Positions 1 through 8,324 of a stretch of 10,266 nucleotides of DNA are shown one piece after another. The first letter of the stretch is position 1. Every line of letters begins with the position of its first letter. The DNA lies in the NCBI GenBank assembly GCA_049472315.1, contig JBLIRN010000083.1:1-10266 (forward strand), in the 5' to 3' direction. Made by a program: the position numbers and the translations under genes. Source of the stretch: a bacterium. Lineage in GTDB: Bacteria > SZUA-182 > DTGQ01 > JAFGSM01. The notes beneath the pieces were generated by a model. The model made no database searches. It was not told where the DNA came from and saw only the letters and a program-made list of their open reading frames with translations.

Positions 1-486
1 ACCGTCGATATACACACTGGTTCCTTCTTCGCCTGAGGTGATGGTTACAAATCTTGTTTTCAAGGGCAGTAAGGCCCCATCTATTCCAATCTTCTTTATT
101 CGCTTCTTTCCGTCATAATCATTACCATTCATAAAAATGATCGAGGAGCGCCATTGTCCAATCAGAAGCTGTTTGGAATCATCGCCATTATACAGCACCA
201 GCAAAAATTTGAATCGATCCTCTTTCAGGGCATCGGATTGTAAAGCAATCTCCAAGGACAAACCTCTATCCGGTGATCGAAAACTGTTTTCATCGGAAGC
301 AAAACAGGTATCCGTATATGCGATGCCGTAGTTACCGATGTGAATACCGGCCTGATTGGCAGTCCATGTCACATTGTTGAATAGATAGAAACTCTTTGGT
401 CTTAATCCGAAGAAGAATATGCCCAAGAGCATCGCGGCCAGGCAAATGAATAATCCTTTAGAGGTTTTATTTTTTAATGATCCCAT
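1..486 (-). CDS. Partial CDS (3' end outside window): N-terminally membrane-anchored protein with a LamG/concanavalin A-like domain, resembling LamG-VanZ fusion proteins
   Basis: Not in the ORF track because it has no stop in the window. Manual translation from ATG 486 is open to position 1: MGSLKNKTSKGLFICLAAMLLGIFFFGLRPKSFYLFNNVTW...LSLEIAL...QLLIGQW...RFVTITSGEEGTSVYIDG. It has a hydrophobic N-terminal helix and a LamG-like 'VTIT..g...YIDG' motif, with AAGGA upstream. The VanZ link is recalled family resemblance only. Confidence 0.6.
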   Translation of the reverse strand, partial: MGSLKNKTSKGLFICLAAMLLGIFFFGLRPKSFYLFNNVTWTANQAGIHIGNYGIAYTDTCFASDENSFRSPDRGLSLEIALQSDALKEDRFKFLLVLYNGDDSKQLLIGQWRSSIIFMNGNDYDGKKRIKKIGIDGALLPLKTRFVTITSGEEGTSVYIDG

Positions 487-644
487 ATGTCATTTGGATC
501 CTTATCCAAGGGTGACTCCAAAATAAGGATTTCAGATCCCTTGACTCAATCCTTTTCAAATTCATCAGATTCGAAGCAAACATCCTCACTCCAAAACCAT
601 TCCTTTCCTTCATCGGCAGATTCACAAAAGAATGCGGTTTTTGA

Positions 645-787
645 TGAAATCGATGCCGATGATACAAAAGGCAGAGAAGCGCTTGCGCGGTATATTATTA
701 AGACACCTGTCAGGCAGAAGCGGATGATAGATGACAGGGAGATCCACAAGGTGGTCTTCACATCAAAGCGGGGTACCGTTTCCTATG
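645..787 (+). pseudogene. IS91/ISCR-like transposase fragment (copy 1)
   Basis: Ungapped 143-bp match to 8696-8838. The first 34 bp are identical, with 23 mismatches overall by manual count (about 84%). Encodes EIDADDTKGREALARYIIKTPVRQKRM...SKRGTVSY. Confidence 0.9.
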
Positions 788-1026
788 TAAGGTGGCCGGG
801 TTTGTAAAGACCACTTTTGGCCATTTTTTAGATGCATTCATGATGTTATTCCATATCATCACAATTCTATGTCACTGTATTTAAATACCATTGTCTTTCC
901 GTCATATCGAATTGACCATATAAAATACGACCGTACGTAATGAGCTTATAAAAATATTATACTTCACAAGTCCTTGCTCTGTAAGAGACACACGCGTAAA
1001 GTTCGGAATTATACAATGCCAAACCG

Positions 1027-1052
1027 GGGAATGCCATGAACCGGGCATTCCC
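1027..1052. repeat. Perfect 9-bp inverted repeat GGGAATGCC-N8-GGCATTCCC within an imperfect 15-17 bp tandem repeat
   Basis: Arms at 1027-1035 and 1044-1052. Surrounding units: aatgcca-aaccgggg / aatgccatgaaccgggc / attcccatgaac (1015-1058). Confidence 0.6.
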
Positions 1053-1168
1053 ATGAACTGATGTCGCAGCAATCCGTCTGTCATCGGTCTGTGGTCATTA
1101 TTCTATCATTGCAGAGCTGATTCAATTCTCTAAAAGAATCCCGTAGTAAAACACGGGCTGTACTTTGA

Positions 1169-1209
1169 GCATCCAGGGCTTGACGCAGGATGCGGCCATG
1201 AGATATGGT
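1169..1209 (+). promoter_or_regulatory. Possible sigma70 promoter of the ABC operon with an overlapping operator-like inverted repeat
   Basis: TTGACG (1180-1185), 18-bp spacer, TATGGT (1204-1209). GCATCC (1169-1174) and GGATGC (1188-1193) flank the -35 box. Confidence 0.35.
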
Positions 1210-1345
1210 GGCAGGTGGTTATCTTATAGGGTATTTTTTAATACGAGAAAAGATCTTTGTTGCTGAAAAGCTCCATAAGGAAGCCCTGCAAAATGGGTGA
1301 AAATAGTAACCGCTCAATACATTATGGGAAAGGGAAGAAGGGTAT

Positions 1346-2119
1346 ATGAACATGCGGCGCTATGTATTCCATCCATTGATGATCCTTGTGCTCCTCATCA
1401 CAGTTGCGGCCCCGCCGGCAACGGCTGCAACGAAGCCCGACGCAGCAACCATCGTGAAGAAGATCGACGAACTGTACCGCAGCAGCTCGAGCTATGCCGA
1501 GGTGGAGATGGAGATCGTCACCCCCCACTGGCAGCGAACCCTGAGGATGAAGATCTGGTCAGAGGGGATGAAAAAGACCTTTATCCGCATCCTCTCGCCC
1601 AAGAAGGAGCGGGGGGTGGGAACCCTACGGATGGGGGACGAGATGTGGAACTACCTTCCCAATACCAACAAGGTGATCAAGATCCCCCCCTCCATGATGA
1701 TGAGCTCCTGGATGGGCTCCGACTTTACCAACAACGACCTGGTGAGGGAGTACACCTTTCTGGACGACTATCACTTCAGCCTGTTCACCCCGGAGGATGC
1801 CGAAGCCGACCTCATCTATATCGAGTGCCGGCCCAAGGAGGGGGTGCCCATCGTCTGGGACAAGGTGACCATTGCGGTGCGGGAATCCGACTACATACCG
1901 GTGTGGCAGAATTATCATGACGAAAAGGGAACAGTGGTGCGCATCCTGCACTTCCGGGACATCCGGACCTTCGACGGGCGCAACATCCCCGCGGTGATGG
2001 AGATGGTCCCTCAGACCAAGGAGGGGCACAAGACGGTGATCCGCTACCTGGATATCGAGTTTGACAAGAAGATCGAGGAGGACGTGTTTTCGCTGCGAAA
2101 CCTCAGGGAGGGAATATGA
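1346..2119 (+). CDS. Outer-membrane lipoprotein-sorting protein (LolA-like fold), periplasmic
   Basis: Sec signal peptide (MRRYVF...LLITVAAPPATA|A). Motifs 'PKKERGVGTL', 'MWNYLP', 'SWMGSDFTNNDL' and C-terminal 'EEDVFSLRNLR' are typical of this family. First gene before ABC permeases. Confidence 0.85.
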   Translation: MNMRRYVFHPLMILVLLITVAAPPATAATKPDAATIVKKIDELYRSSSSYAEVEMEIVTPHWQRTLRMKIWSEGMKKTFIRILSPKKERGVGTLRMGDEMWNYLPNTNKVIKIPPSMMMSSWMGSDFTNNDLVREYTFLDDYHFSLFTPEDAEADLIYIECRPKEGVPIVWDKVTIAVRESDYIPVWQNYHDEKGTVVRILHFRDIRTFDGRNIPAVMEMVPQTKEGHKTVIRYLDIEFDKKIEEDVFSLRNLREGI

Positions 2120-2137
2120 ACAGGGGGGAATCACGCA

Positions 2138-3355
2138 GTGGTGATGTGTAAGATCGCCTTCCGGAATATCTTCCGCCACAAGCGGCGCTCCATCCTGACG
2201 GCCCTGACCATGCTGGGGGGATTCGTGCTCGCTGCAGTGGCCATAGGCTGGGCGGACGGCTCCTACAACAACATCATCAATATGTTCACCCGCAACCGCC
2301 TGGGCCACATCCAGATCCACGCCAAGGGGTACCTTGACAAGCCATCCTTGTATAAGAACATCGAGCATGTGGATCGCCTGGGCCAAAAAATCATGGGCAT
2401 CAAGGGGGTGGAGTCCTGGAGCCCCCGTCTCTATTCCGCAGGACTCGCCTCCGCAGGGGATAAGAGCGCAGCAGCTCAGATCATCGGCATCGACCCGGAT
2501 AAGGAAAACGCCGCCACGCACTTCGATCGAAAGGTAACCACAGGCAGCCCCCTTTCCCGAAGCCCTGCCGGGGAGGTCCTGCTCGGGAAGGGGCTTGCCA
2601 GAATGCTGCATGCCCATGTGGGTGACGAGGTCGTTATCGTGTCTCAGGCAGCGGACGGGTCGCTCGCCAACGAACTCTACCGGATGACCGGAATCGTGGA
2701 AAGCGGCGACGAGGGCCAGGACCGCACGGCCTTCTATCTGCACCTTGCAGATGCCCAGGAACTCCTGGTGATGGAGGGGCGGGTGCACGAGGTGGTGATC
2801 ATTGCAGAGAGGCTCAATCGAGTCCGCGCCCTGAGTCGCCAGATCGAACAGGCCATCGACCGACCGGATCTGGTGGTGGAGCCGTGGCAGGAGTTTGCCA
2901 AGTCCTTCTATACCGCCATGAAGGCGGATAAGATGGGAAACTGGATTATGATCTTCATCATTATCCTGATCGTGGCCATAGGGGTCTTGAACACGGTACT
3001 CATGTCCGTGCTGGAGCGCCAGCGTGAATACGGGGTGCTGAAGGCACTGGGCACCCGGCCCCGGCAGATCCTCGCCCTGGTGATTTACGAAATCAACATG
3101 CTGGCCATCCTCAGCATTGCGGCCGGCTCCGGCCTTGCCTACGGAGCAAATAAGTGGCTTTCCCTGCACGGGATCACCCTGTCGGAGCCATTCTCTTACG
3201 GAGGCATGACCTTTCACACCCTGTATTCGATGGTCAATCTGAAAAGCTTTCTGGTCCCTGCCCTGGCCGTGCTGGGCACCGCCACCCTGGTGAGCCTTCT
3301 GCCCGCGGTAAAGGCGGCGCGGACCGTACCGGCCAAGACCATGCGGGCCGTATAG
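2138..3355 (+). CDS. ABC transporter permease, FtsX/MacB/LolC-E-like
   Basis: 'IAFRNIFRHKRRSILT' N-terminus, TM1 followed by a large periplasmic domain, 'LNTVLMSVLERQREYGVLKALG' motif, three C-terminal TMs. Start may be GTG 2138 or ATG 2144. Confidence 0.93.
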   Translation: MVMCKIAFRNIFRHKRRSILTALTMLGGFVLAAVAIGWADGSYNNIINMFTRNRLGHIQIHAKGYLDKPSLYKNIEHVDRLGQKIMGIKGVESWSPRLYSAGLASAGDKSAAAQIIGIDPDKENAATHFDRKVTTGSPLSRSPAGEVLLGKGLARMLHAHVGDEVVIVSQAADGSLANELYRMTGIVESGDEGQDRTAFYLHLADAQELLVMEGRVHEVVIIAERLNRVRALSRQIEQAIDRPDLVVEPWQEFAKSFYTAMKADKMGNWIMIFIIILIVAIGVLNTVLMSVLERQREYGVLKALGTRPRQILALVIYEINMLAILSIAAGSGLAYGANKWLSLHGITLSEPFSYGGMTFHTLYSMVNLKSFLVPALAVLGTATLVSLLPAVKAARTVPAKTMRAV

Positions 3356-3364
3356 GGGGACGCC

Positions 3365-4591
3365 ATGTTCATGACACTGAGACTCGCCTGGAGGAACCTC
3401 TTCAGAAACAAACGCCGCACCTTTATCGCGGGCACGGCCATCGGCATCGGCCTGGCGGCCATGATCTTCGTGGACGCCCTGTGGGAGGGAATGAAGGAGA
3501 ACATGGTCCGCACGGTGACCGACACCTTCATCGGGGAGGCACAGATCCATGCCCAGGGTTTCCGGGAGACCCTGGAGGTGGAAAAGACCATCCGGCACCG
3601 GGAACAGTTGATCAACAGCCTGCGGCAGGAGCCTGCGGTGGAGCGATTCACCATGCGGGTCATGACCCAGGGGATGATCAGCTCCCCTGCCAACCTGAGC
3701 GCTGTCCAACTGGTGGGGGTGCAGCCGGAGACCGAGCGGGACATCTCACGGATCGATGACGCCATCATTGAGGGGGAATTCTTTTCCGGCCACGACCCCC
3801 AGAACCTGGTCATGGGCAGCAAGCTGGCCGACCTTCTGGAGGTCGGCATCGGCGACCGGGTGGTGATAACCGTGGCACAGGCGGAAACCGGCGACCTCAC
3901 CCAGGACCTGTTCCGGGTCTCCGGGATCTACCACTTCAATTCGGCCGAGATGGACCAGGGGATGGCCTTTGTGCGGCTTGCCAAGGCCCAGGAGATGCTG
4001 GGGCTGGGGGATGCGATCCACGAGATCGCCATTGACTTCACCGGCCGGGGGGTCGCACGTGATGAGCAGAATCCCTTCTGGGGGAAGTACTCACAGGGGG
4101 GAAACGAGGCCCTGGGATGGCCGAGGCTCTTTCCGCAGCTTGCCACCATGTTCGACTGGTCCCAGTACAGCATCCTGATCATCAGCATCATCCTCTTTGC
4201 GATCATCGCCCTCGGCATCGTGAACACCCTGTTCATGGCCCTGTACGAACGCATGTTCGAGTTCGGGGTCCTGCGGGCCATCGGCACCCGCCCCTTCGGC
4301 ATCTGGAGGATGGTGGTCGAGGAGGCAGGGGGCCTCGCCGTCCTGAGCATCGGCCTGGGAATGGTGCTGGGGCTGGTGGTGACCTTTATCTTCAGCCGGG
4401 TGGGGATCGACTACCGGGGGATCGAGATGGGGGGGATGACGGTGCAGGACCTGATCTACCCGGTCCTGTATGTGCGTCAGTTCGTGGTGTACCCGTTCTG
4501 GGTCCTTGTCTTTACCGTGATCGTGGGGATCTATCCGGCCACATCCGCGGCGCGCCTGAAGCCGGCGGAGGCCTTGAGAAAAAGCCTGTAG
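3365..4591 (+). CDS. ABC transporter permease, FtsX/MacB/LolC-E-like (second subunit)
   Basis: 'LAWRNLFRNKRRT', 'VNTLFMALYERMFEFGVLRAIG', C-terminal 'PATSAARLKPAEALR'. RBS GGGGGA upstream. Confidence 0.93.
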   Translation: MFMTLRLAWRNLFRNKRRTFIAGTAIGIGLAAMIFVDALWEGMKENMVRTVTDTFIGEAQIHAQGFRETLEVEKTIRHREQLINSLRQEPAVERFTMRVMTQGMISSPANLSAVQLVGVQPETERDISRIDDAIIEGEFFSGHDPQNLVMGSKLADLLEVGIGDRVVITVAQAETGDLTQDLFRVSGIYHFNSAEMDQGMAFVRLAKAQEMLGLGDAIHEIAIDFTGRGVARDEQNPFWGKYSQGGNEALGWPRLFPQLATMFDWSQYSILIISIILFAIIALGIVNTLFMALYERMFEFGVLRAIGTRPFGIWRMVVEEAGGLAVLSIGLGMVLGLVVTFIFSRVGIDYRGIEMGGMTVQDLIYPVLYVRQFVVYPFWVLVFTVIVGIYPATSAARLKPAEALRKSL

Positions 4592-4600
4592 GAGGACGCA

Positions 4601-5305
4601 ATGACAGATGACCGGAATGGTGCGATCATCGAAACCCGAGGCATCACCAAGGTATACAAAGGGAATGGAATAGAGGTACGGGCGGTCCGGGGGATCGATC
4701 TTGTCATAGAGAGGGGTGATTTTGCCGCCATCGTGGGCCCGTCCGGTTCGGGCAAGACCACCTTCCTGAACATCATATCCGGTCTGGACGAGCCCACTGA
4801 CGGAGAGGTCTTTTTGAAGGGAAGATCCCTGTACGAGATGAGCGGCGGTGAGCTCTCCGATTTCAGGCGGGACCATATCGGGTTCATCTTCCAGGCCTAC
4901 AACCTGATACCGGTTCTCTCCGCCGAGGAGAACATCGAGTATGTGATGCTCCTCCAGGGCGTTCCCAAAAAGGAGCGGGAAGAGCGGGTGCGAAGGATCC
5001 TGAAGCAGGTGGACATGGAGGGTTACGCGGACCGTCTTCCCTCACATCTCTCAGGCGGCCAGCAGCAGCGCGTTGCCGTGGCCAGGGCCATGGTGTCGCG
5101 GCCGGAGCTCATCCTGGCGGACGAGCCCACCGCCAACCTCGATTCCGAAACCGGGTCCAGGCTGCTCGACATGATGAAGGACCTGAATGAAAGGACCGGG
5201 ATGACCTTCGTCTTCTCCACGCACGACCCCATGATCATGAAGCGGGCCCAGCGTCTCATCGTGTTGAAGGACGGTGAGATCACCAAGGACGAGAAGAGGA
5301 CGTAA
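4601..5305 (+). CDS. ABC transporter ATP-binding protein, LolD/MacB-like
   Basis: Walker A GPSGSGKT, Q-loop IGFIFQAYNL, signature LSGGQQQR, Walker B ILADEPT, H-loop STHD. RBS AGGAGG upstream. Confidence 0.96.
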   Translation: MTDDRNGAIIETRGITKVYKGNGIEVRAVRGIDLVIERGDFAAIVGPSGSGKTTFLNIISGLDEPTDGEVFLKGRSLYEMSGGELSDFRRDHIGFIFQAYNLIPVLSAEENIEYVMLLQGVPKKEREERVRRILKQVDMEGYADRLPSHLSGGQQQRVAVARAMVSRPELILADEPTANLDSETGSRLLDMMKDLNERTGMTFVFSTHDPMIMKRAQRLIVLKDGEITKDEKRT

Positions 5306-5404
5306 TACATGCGCCGATTCCTGCCGGTGAGCCTTTATCTCGAAAATATCCTGTATTCATCTGAAAATATAGCATTTTCATTCTTCGTGGCGCCACGAAG
5401 TGGC

Positions 5405-6667
5405 ATGAGGGTTTCTTTGGTGACCGTGAGTCTGCTGCTTCTCATGGTTATCCCACTCCCCTCCCCTGCCCAAGATGCAAAAACAGTAAGGATCTCCGGG
5501 TACGTGAAAAATTTCTCCATGGTCTTTGACCCGCCGGAGGCCCTGGAGGAGGAAAGCGGATCGCCCATCGGGGCGGTCAATACCCGACTGCGCCTGAAGC
5601 TCGACGTCCAGCCCGACGCCCCCGTCGAATTCCACGCCGCCTATGACCTCTCCCCGCGCATACAGGACCCCTCGCTTTTTGAGGACTCCCCCTACCTGTT
5701 CTCCCTGGACTCCTCCCCCTACCGGATCGAGGACCTCGACCGGCTGATCACCCCGCAGGGGGATGCCCCGGATACGAGCTTCGGCCTCTATCAGAACCTG
5801 GACCGTCTCTATGTGAGCCTGGGATACGATTTCGGGGATATCTACATCGGCCGCCAGGCCATTGCCTGGGGCAGCGCCCATGTCATCAATCCCACGGACA
5901 TCCTCGCCCCCTTTTCATTCACCGAGCTTGACCAGGAGGAACGGTTCGGCGTGGACGCGGCTCGGGTAAGGGTCCCCCTGGGCATGATGAGCGAGCTTGA
6001 CCTGGGGTACGTATTCGGTGAGGATGGCTCCTCACGGGAGCACGCCTTCTTTCTCCGGGGAAAGGGGTATGCGTGGCAGACGGATATGTCGGTGATCCTC
6101 ATGGGATTCAAGGAGCACGCCATGGTGGGACTCGATCTTGCCCGCGCCATCGGCGGCGCAGGCGTATGGATCGAGGGGGCGTATGTGAAGCCCGACTTTT
6201 TCAGGGACTCGAATGCATCGGATGGAGATGATACCGGCTATACCCGGGTCTCCATAGGCATGGATGCCAGCCTCACCGAGAAGCTCTATGGATTCATGGA
6301 ATACCACTTCAACGAGGCGGGTGCATCATCCCCGGAAGGGTACACGGATCGCTTCTCCACCCCTGCCTACCGGGATGGGGCCGTCTACCTCATGGGCGAG
6401 CACTACCTGGCAGTCGGCGGCACCTATCAACTCCATCCCCTGGCCCCGCTCTCCGCAACCCTCATCCACAACCTTGCGGACCACTCCCTCTCCATCTCGC
6501 CGCAGATCGACTACAACATCGCGGAGGACATCTACCTTGCAGCAGGCGCCACCCTGGGCATCGGGAAAAGGCCGTATCGGGAAACCCCCTCGGCCGATCC
6601 CCTGCTGCGCTCCGAGTTCGGGGCCTACCCGGATATGTACTGGGCATCATTCCGGGTGTATTTTTAA
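5405..6667 (+). CDS. Putative outer-membrane beta-barrel protein (ORF track start 5309; start 5405 preferred)
   Basis: From ATG 5405 it reads as a signal peptide (MRVSLVTVSLLLLMVIPLPSPA|QD). Motifs 'LDRLYVS', 'IGRQAIAWGSA', 'NPTD', 'GVDAAR', amphipathic strands and a C-terminal Phe (FRVYF) consistent with a BAM signal. Confidence 0.75.
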   Translation: MRVSLVTVSLLLLMVIPLPSPAQDAKTVRISGYVKNFSMVFDPPEALEEESGSPIGAVNTRLRLKLDVQPDAPVEFHAAYDLSPRIQDPSLFEDSPYLFSLDSSPYRIEDLDRLITPQGDAPDTSFGLYQNLDRLYVSLGYDFGDIYIGRQAIAWGSAHVINPTDILAPFSFTELDQEERFGVDAARVRVPLGMMSELDLGYVFGEDGSSREHAFFLRGKGYAWQTDMSVILMGFKEHAMVGLDLARAIGGAGVWIEGAYVKPDFFRDSNASDGDDTGYTRVSIGMDASLTEKLYGFMEYHFNEAGASSPEGYTDRFSTPAYRDGAVYLMGEHYLAVGGTYQLHPLAPLSATLIHNLADHSLSISPQIDYNIAEDIYLAAGATLGIGKRPYRETPSADPLLRSEFGAYPDMYWASFRVYF

Positions 6668-6670
6668 AGT

Positions 6671-6797
6671 CCCTGCCTCGTAAAAGATGGCGCCCTGTTC
6701 ATGAATAAGGTCTTTACCATGCTCATATTACCTCCCATATTCCCGACAAGGGCGCTCAATGTGTCCACTATTACGGCCATTACAGTAACAAGACTCG
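6671..6797 (+). pseudogene. IS91/ISCR-like transposase fragment with internal deletion (copy 2)
   Basis: 6682-6726 matches 8569-8614 and is joined directly to 6727-6797, which matches 8862-8932 (5 mismatches in 71 bp; ITSHIPDKGAQCVHYYGHYSNK). Weaker match CCCTGCC at 6671-6677 to 8548-8554. Confidence 0.9.
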
Positions 6798-6800
6798 TCC

Positions 6801-7715
6801 TCATTCCCACCCTTTCGGTTGTTTCCATGTCTTAGCGAATGTCACATTGTCATTGAGCGCCATAATGGGCTCAATAAGAAAACGCTCTATTTCTTTGGCC
6901 GTGGTCGACAGAGTTTCCGGCGCGTTCTGGATATCTCCTTTTTTCAAAAACGCGCTCCAGAGCGTCTGCCGGTCGGATTTTTCATCGTAAATTTCATCAG
7001 CAAACAAGGGTTTTTTATTCGGAATTTCTGTCTTTCGATTGTTAAAGGTTTTCTTTATCGCGCTGGCGATATTCGCGCCACTAAATTCAAATTGCCTCGT
7101 CATAAGCCAGATATCATAAAAGTCCTTCATTCTGCTGTTCAAGAGCCCGAGCTTGATCATAGCTTCAAATTTTTCACTGATCACACTTTCTTGAGGGTAT
7201 CCGTTTAAACGAGGTTTTGGAAAATCCAGAATTGCCGGATAGTCAATGACCCTGGTCTTTGGATACACGATATCACCAAAACCAACGTCGATCTGCATCG
7301 GAATTTCCGCGCGATCCAAAAAACCGGTGAATTTTACGCGCACCCCTTCATAATCCGCGTCTTCCTTGAGCTTCATTCCTTTGACTGTTTGAGGATCGAA
7401 ATTAAGCCCATCGAGATCCACGCTGGTGTCGCACACGTCTTTCATCACTTTTTCGATGGTCGCGACCTCATTATCAAAGCGGGCTAAGAAGTCAATATCA
7501 AGGGTAGTGCGCCTGTCAGGTATCTGCCATACCGCAAACAGAAGCGCGCCCTTCAAGACAAACTTATCGGCGTATCTTGATTTGCTGAACCGGTAGAGAA
7601 ATCTCTCCATGCCGTAATACTGCAATACCTCCGCGAATGGACGATTGGTTTCTTTCGCCTTATTTTTAAGCCGAGCCTTGATTGAGGCTTCGATATTCTT
7701 CACTTCTTTTTTCAT
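6801..7715 (-). CDS. abiEii: AbiEii/AbiGii-family nucleotidyltransferase toxin (type IV TA / abortive infection)
   Basis: 'YGMERFLYRF', 'FVLKGALLF...RRTTLDIDFL' NTase motif, 'IDVGFGD', 'EKFEAM', 'NSRMKDFYD'. ATGA overlap with the upstream antitoxin. Confidence 0.92.
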   Translation of the reverse strand: MKKEVKNIEASIKARLKNKAKETNRPFAEVLQYYGMERFLYRFSKSRYADKFVLKGALLFAVWQIPDRRTTLDIDFLARFDNEVATIEKVMKDVCDTSVDLDGLNFDPQTVKGMKLKEDADYEGVRVKFTGFLDRAEIPMQIDVGFGDIVYPKTRVIDYPAILDFPKPRLNGYPQESVISEKFEAMIKLGLLNSRMKDFYDIWLMTRQFEFSGANIASAIKKTFNNRKTEIPNKKPLFADEIYDEKSDRQTLWSAFLKKGDIQNAPETLSTTAKEIERFLIEPIMALNDNVTFAKTWKQPKGWE

Positions 7716-8314
7716 AGGATGGTCTCTAGTATCGGTTTAATGATTCTGTCAACGCGACAAATCTTGGCATACTCCATGATATCCTTAGGTTTAACGTGTT
7801 TTTCGGCAACAGCGATCTTAAGCGCTTCTCTGGCCACATTTATTCCAATTCTATTACGAAACTTAAAACAATCAGCCACGGTCTTCGCTAGACTGTAAAT
7901 CTTCACCGGGTGACCTTCAATCTCGTGTTTCTCCACGCCCGCCTTCCATGTGTCCGGTGAAAAACGATAGAATTTTACAGGTGGATATTTTATTCTGTTC
8001 GCGCGTGCTCCTGTGGGAATAGCGATGTCCACAAACCGGGGTATTTCATTGGTCGCCCTATGGAAATAGAGCGCAGATAGCAGGCAAATCACGCCCTTTG
8101 AGGTTTGGAGTGACGCGAGGACGTAATCCGGGTGAGATCCAATAGTATCCCCTACGAGCCTATACAGCCCCTTTCCTATTTTCTCGATCTTCTTTTCTTT
8201 TTCATTCTTCTTAATTAGATCGGGATGAAATCCTGCTTTTCGAATTGAAGAAAATCGGGCTATTCCACCATGACTCTTAAGATATTCAATTATTGTGTCT
8301 GTCTTTGTTCTCAT
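7712..8314 (-). CDS. abiEi: AbiEi-family antitoxin / transcriptional regulator
   Basis: N-terminal wHTH 'IEKIGKGLYRL', 'GVICLLSALYFH', 'IYSLAKTVADCFKFRNRIG...EALK'. RBS GGAGG; translationally coupled to abiEii. Confidence 0.9.
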   Translation of the reverse strand: MRTKTDTIIEYLKSHGGIARFSSIRKAGFHPDLIKKNEKEKKIEKIGKGLYRLVGDTIGSHPDYVLASLQTSKGVICLLSALYFHRATNEIPRFVDIAIPTGARANRIKYPPVKFYRFSPDTWKAGVEKHEIEGHPVKIYSLAKTVADCFKFRNRIGINVAREALKIAVAEKHVKPKDIMEYAKICRVDRIIKPILETIL

Positions 8315-8324
8315 TATGCCTCCG

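Noticed and set aside
498..524. ATCCTTAT-N11-TCCAAAAT, also present at 9253-9279 just after the transposase stop
   Set aside because: Same spacing is intriguing and could mark an older element 3' region, but the spacer and flanks do not align, so chance cannot be excluded.
487..807. 106-aa plus-strand ORF as a real gene
   Set aside because: Chance fusion of Ser-rich non-coding sequence to the transposase fragment at 645-787.
137..1084. Short ORFs 137-331, 467-667, 546-761 and 902-1084
   Set aside because: They overlap the minus-strand CDS or the transposase scar, or lack an RBS and protein-like features.
1625..3709. 694-aa minus-strand ORF, plus other antisense or alternate-frame ORFs over 1297-6683 (e.g. 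1297-1920, 3214-3900, 4091-4876)
   Set aside because: Shadow ORFs of GC-rich, codon-biased genes. They have no recognisable motifs and overlap well-supported plus-strand CDSs.
2138..5305. Assigning the gene symbols lolC/lolE/lolD or macB
   Set aside because: Family-level motifs are clear, but orthology to the canonical genes cannot be shown from the sequence alone.
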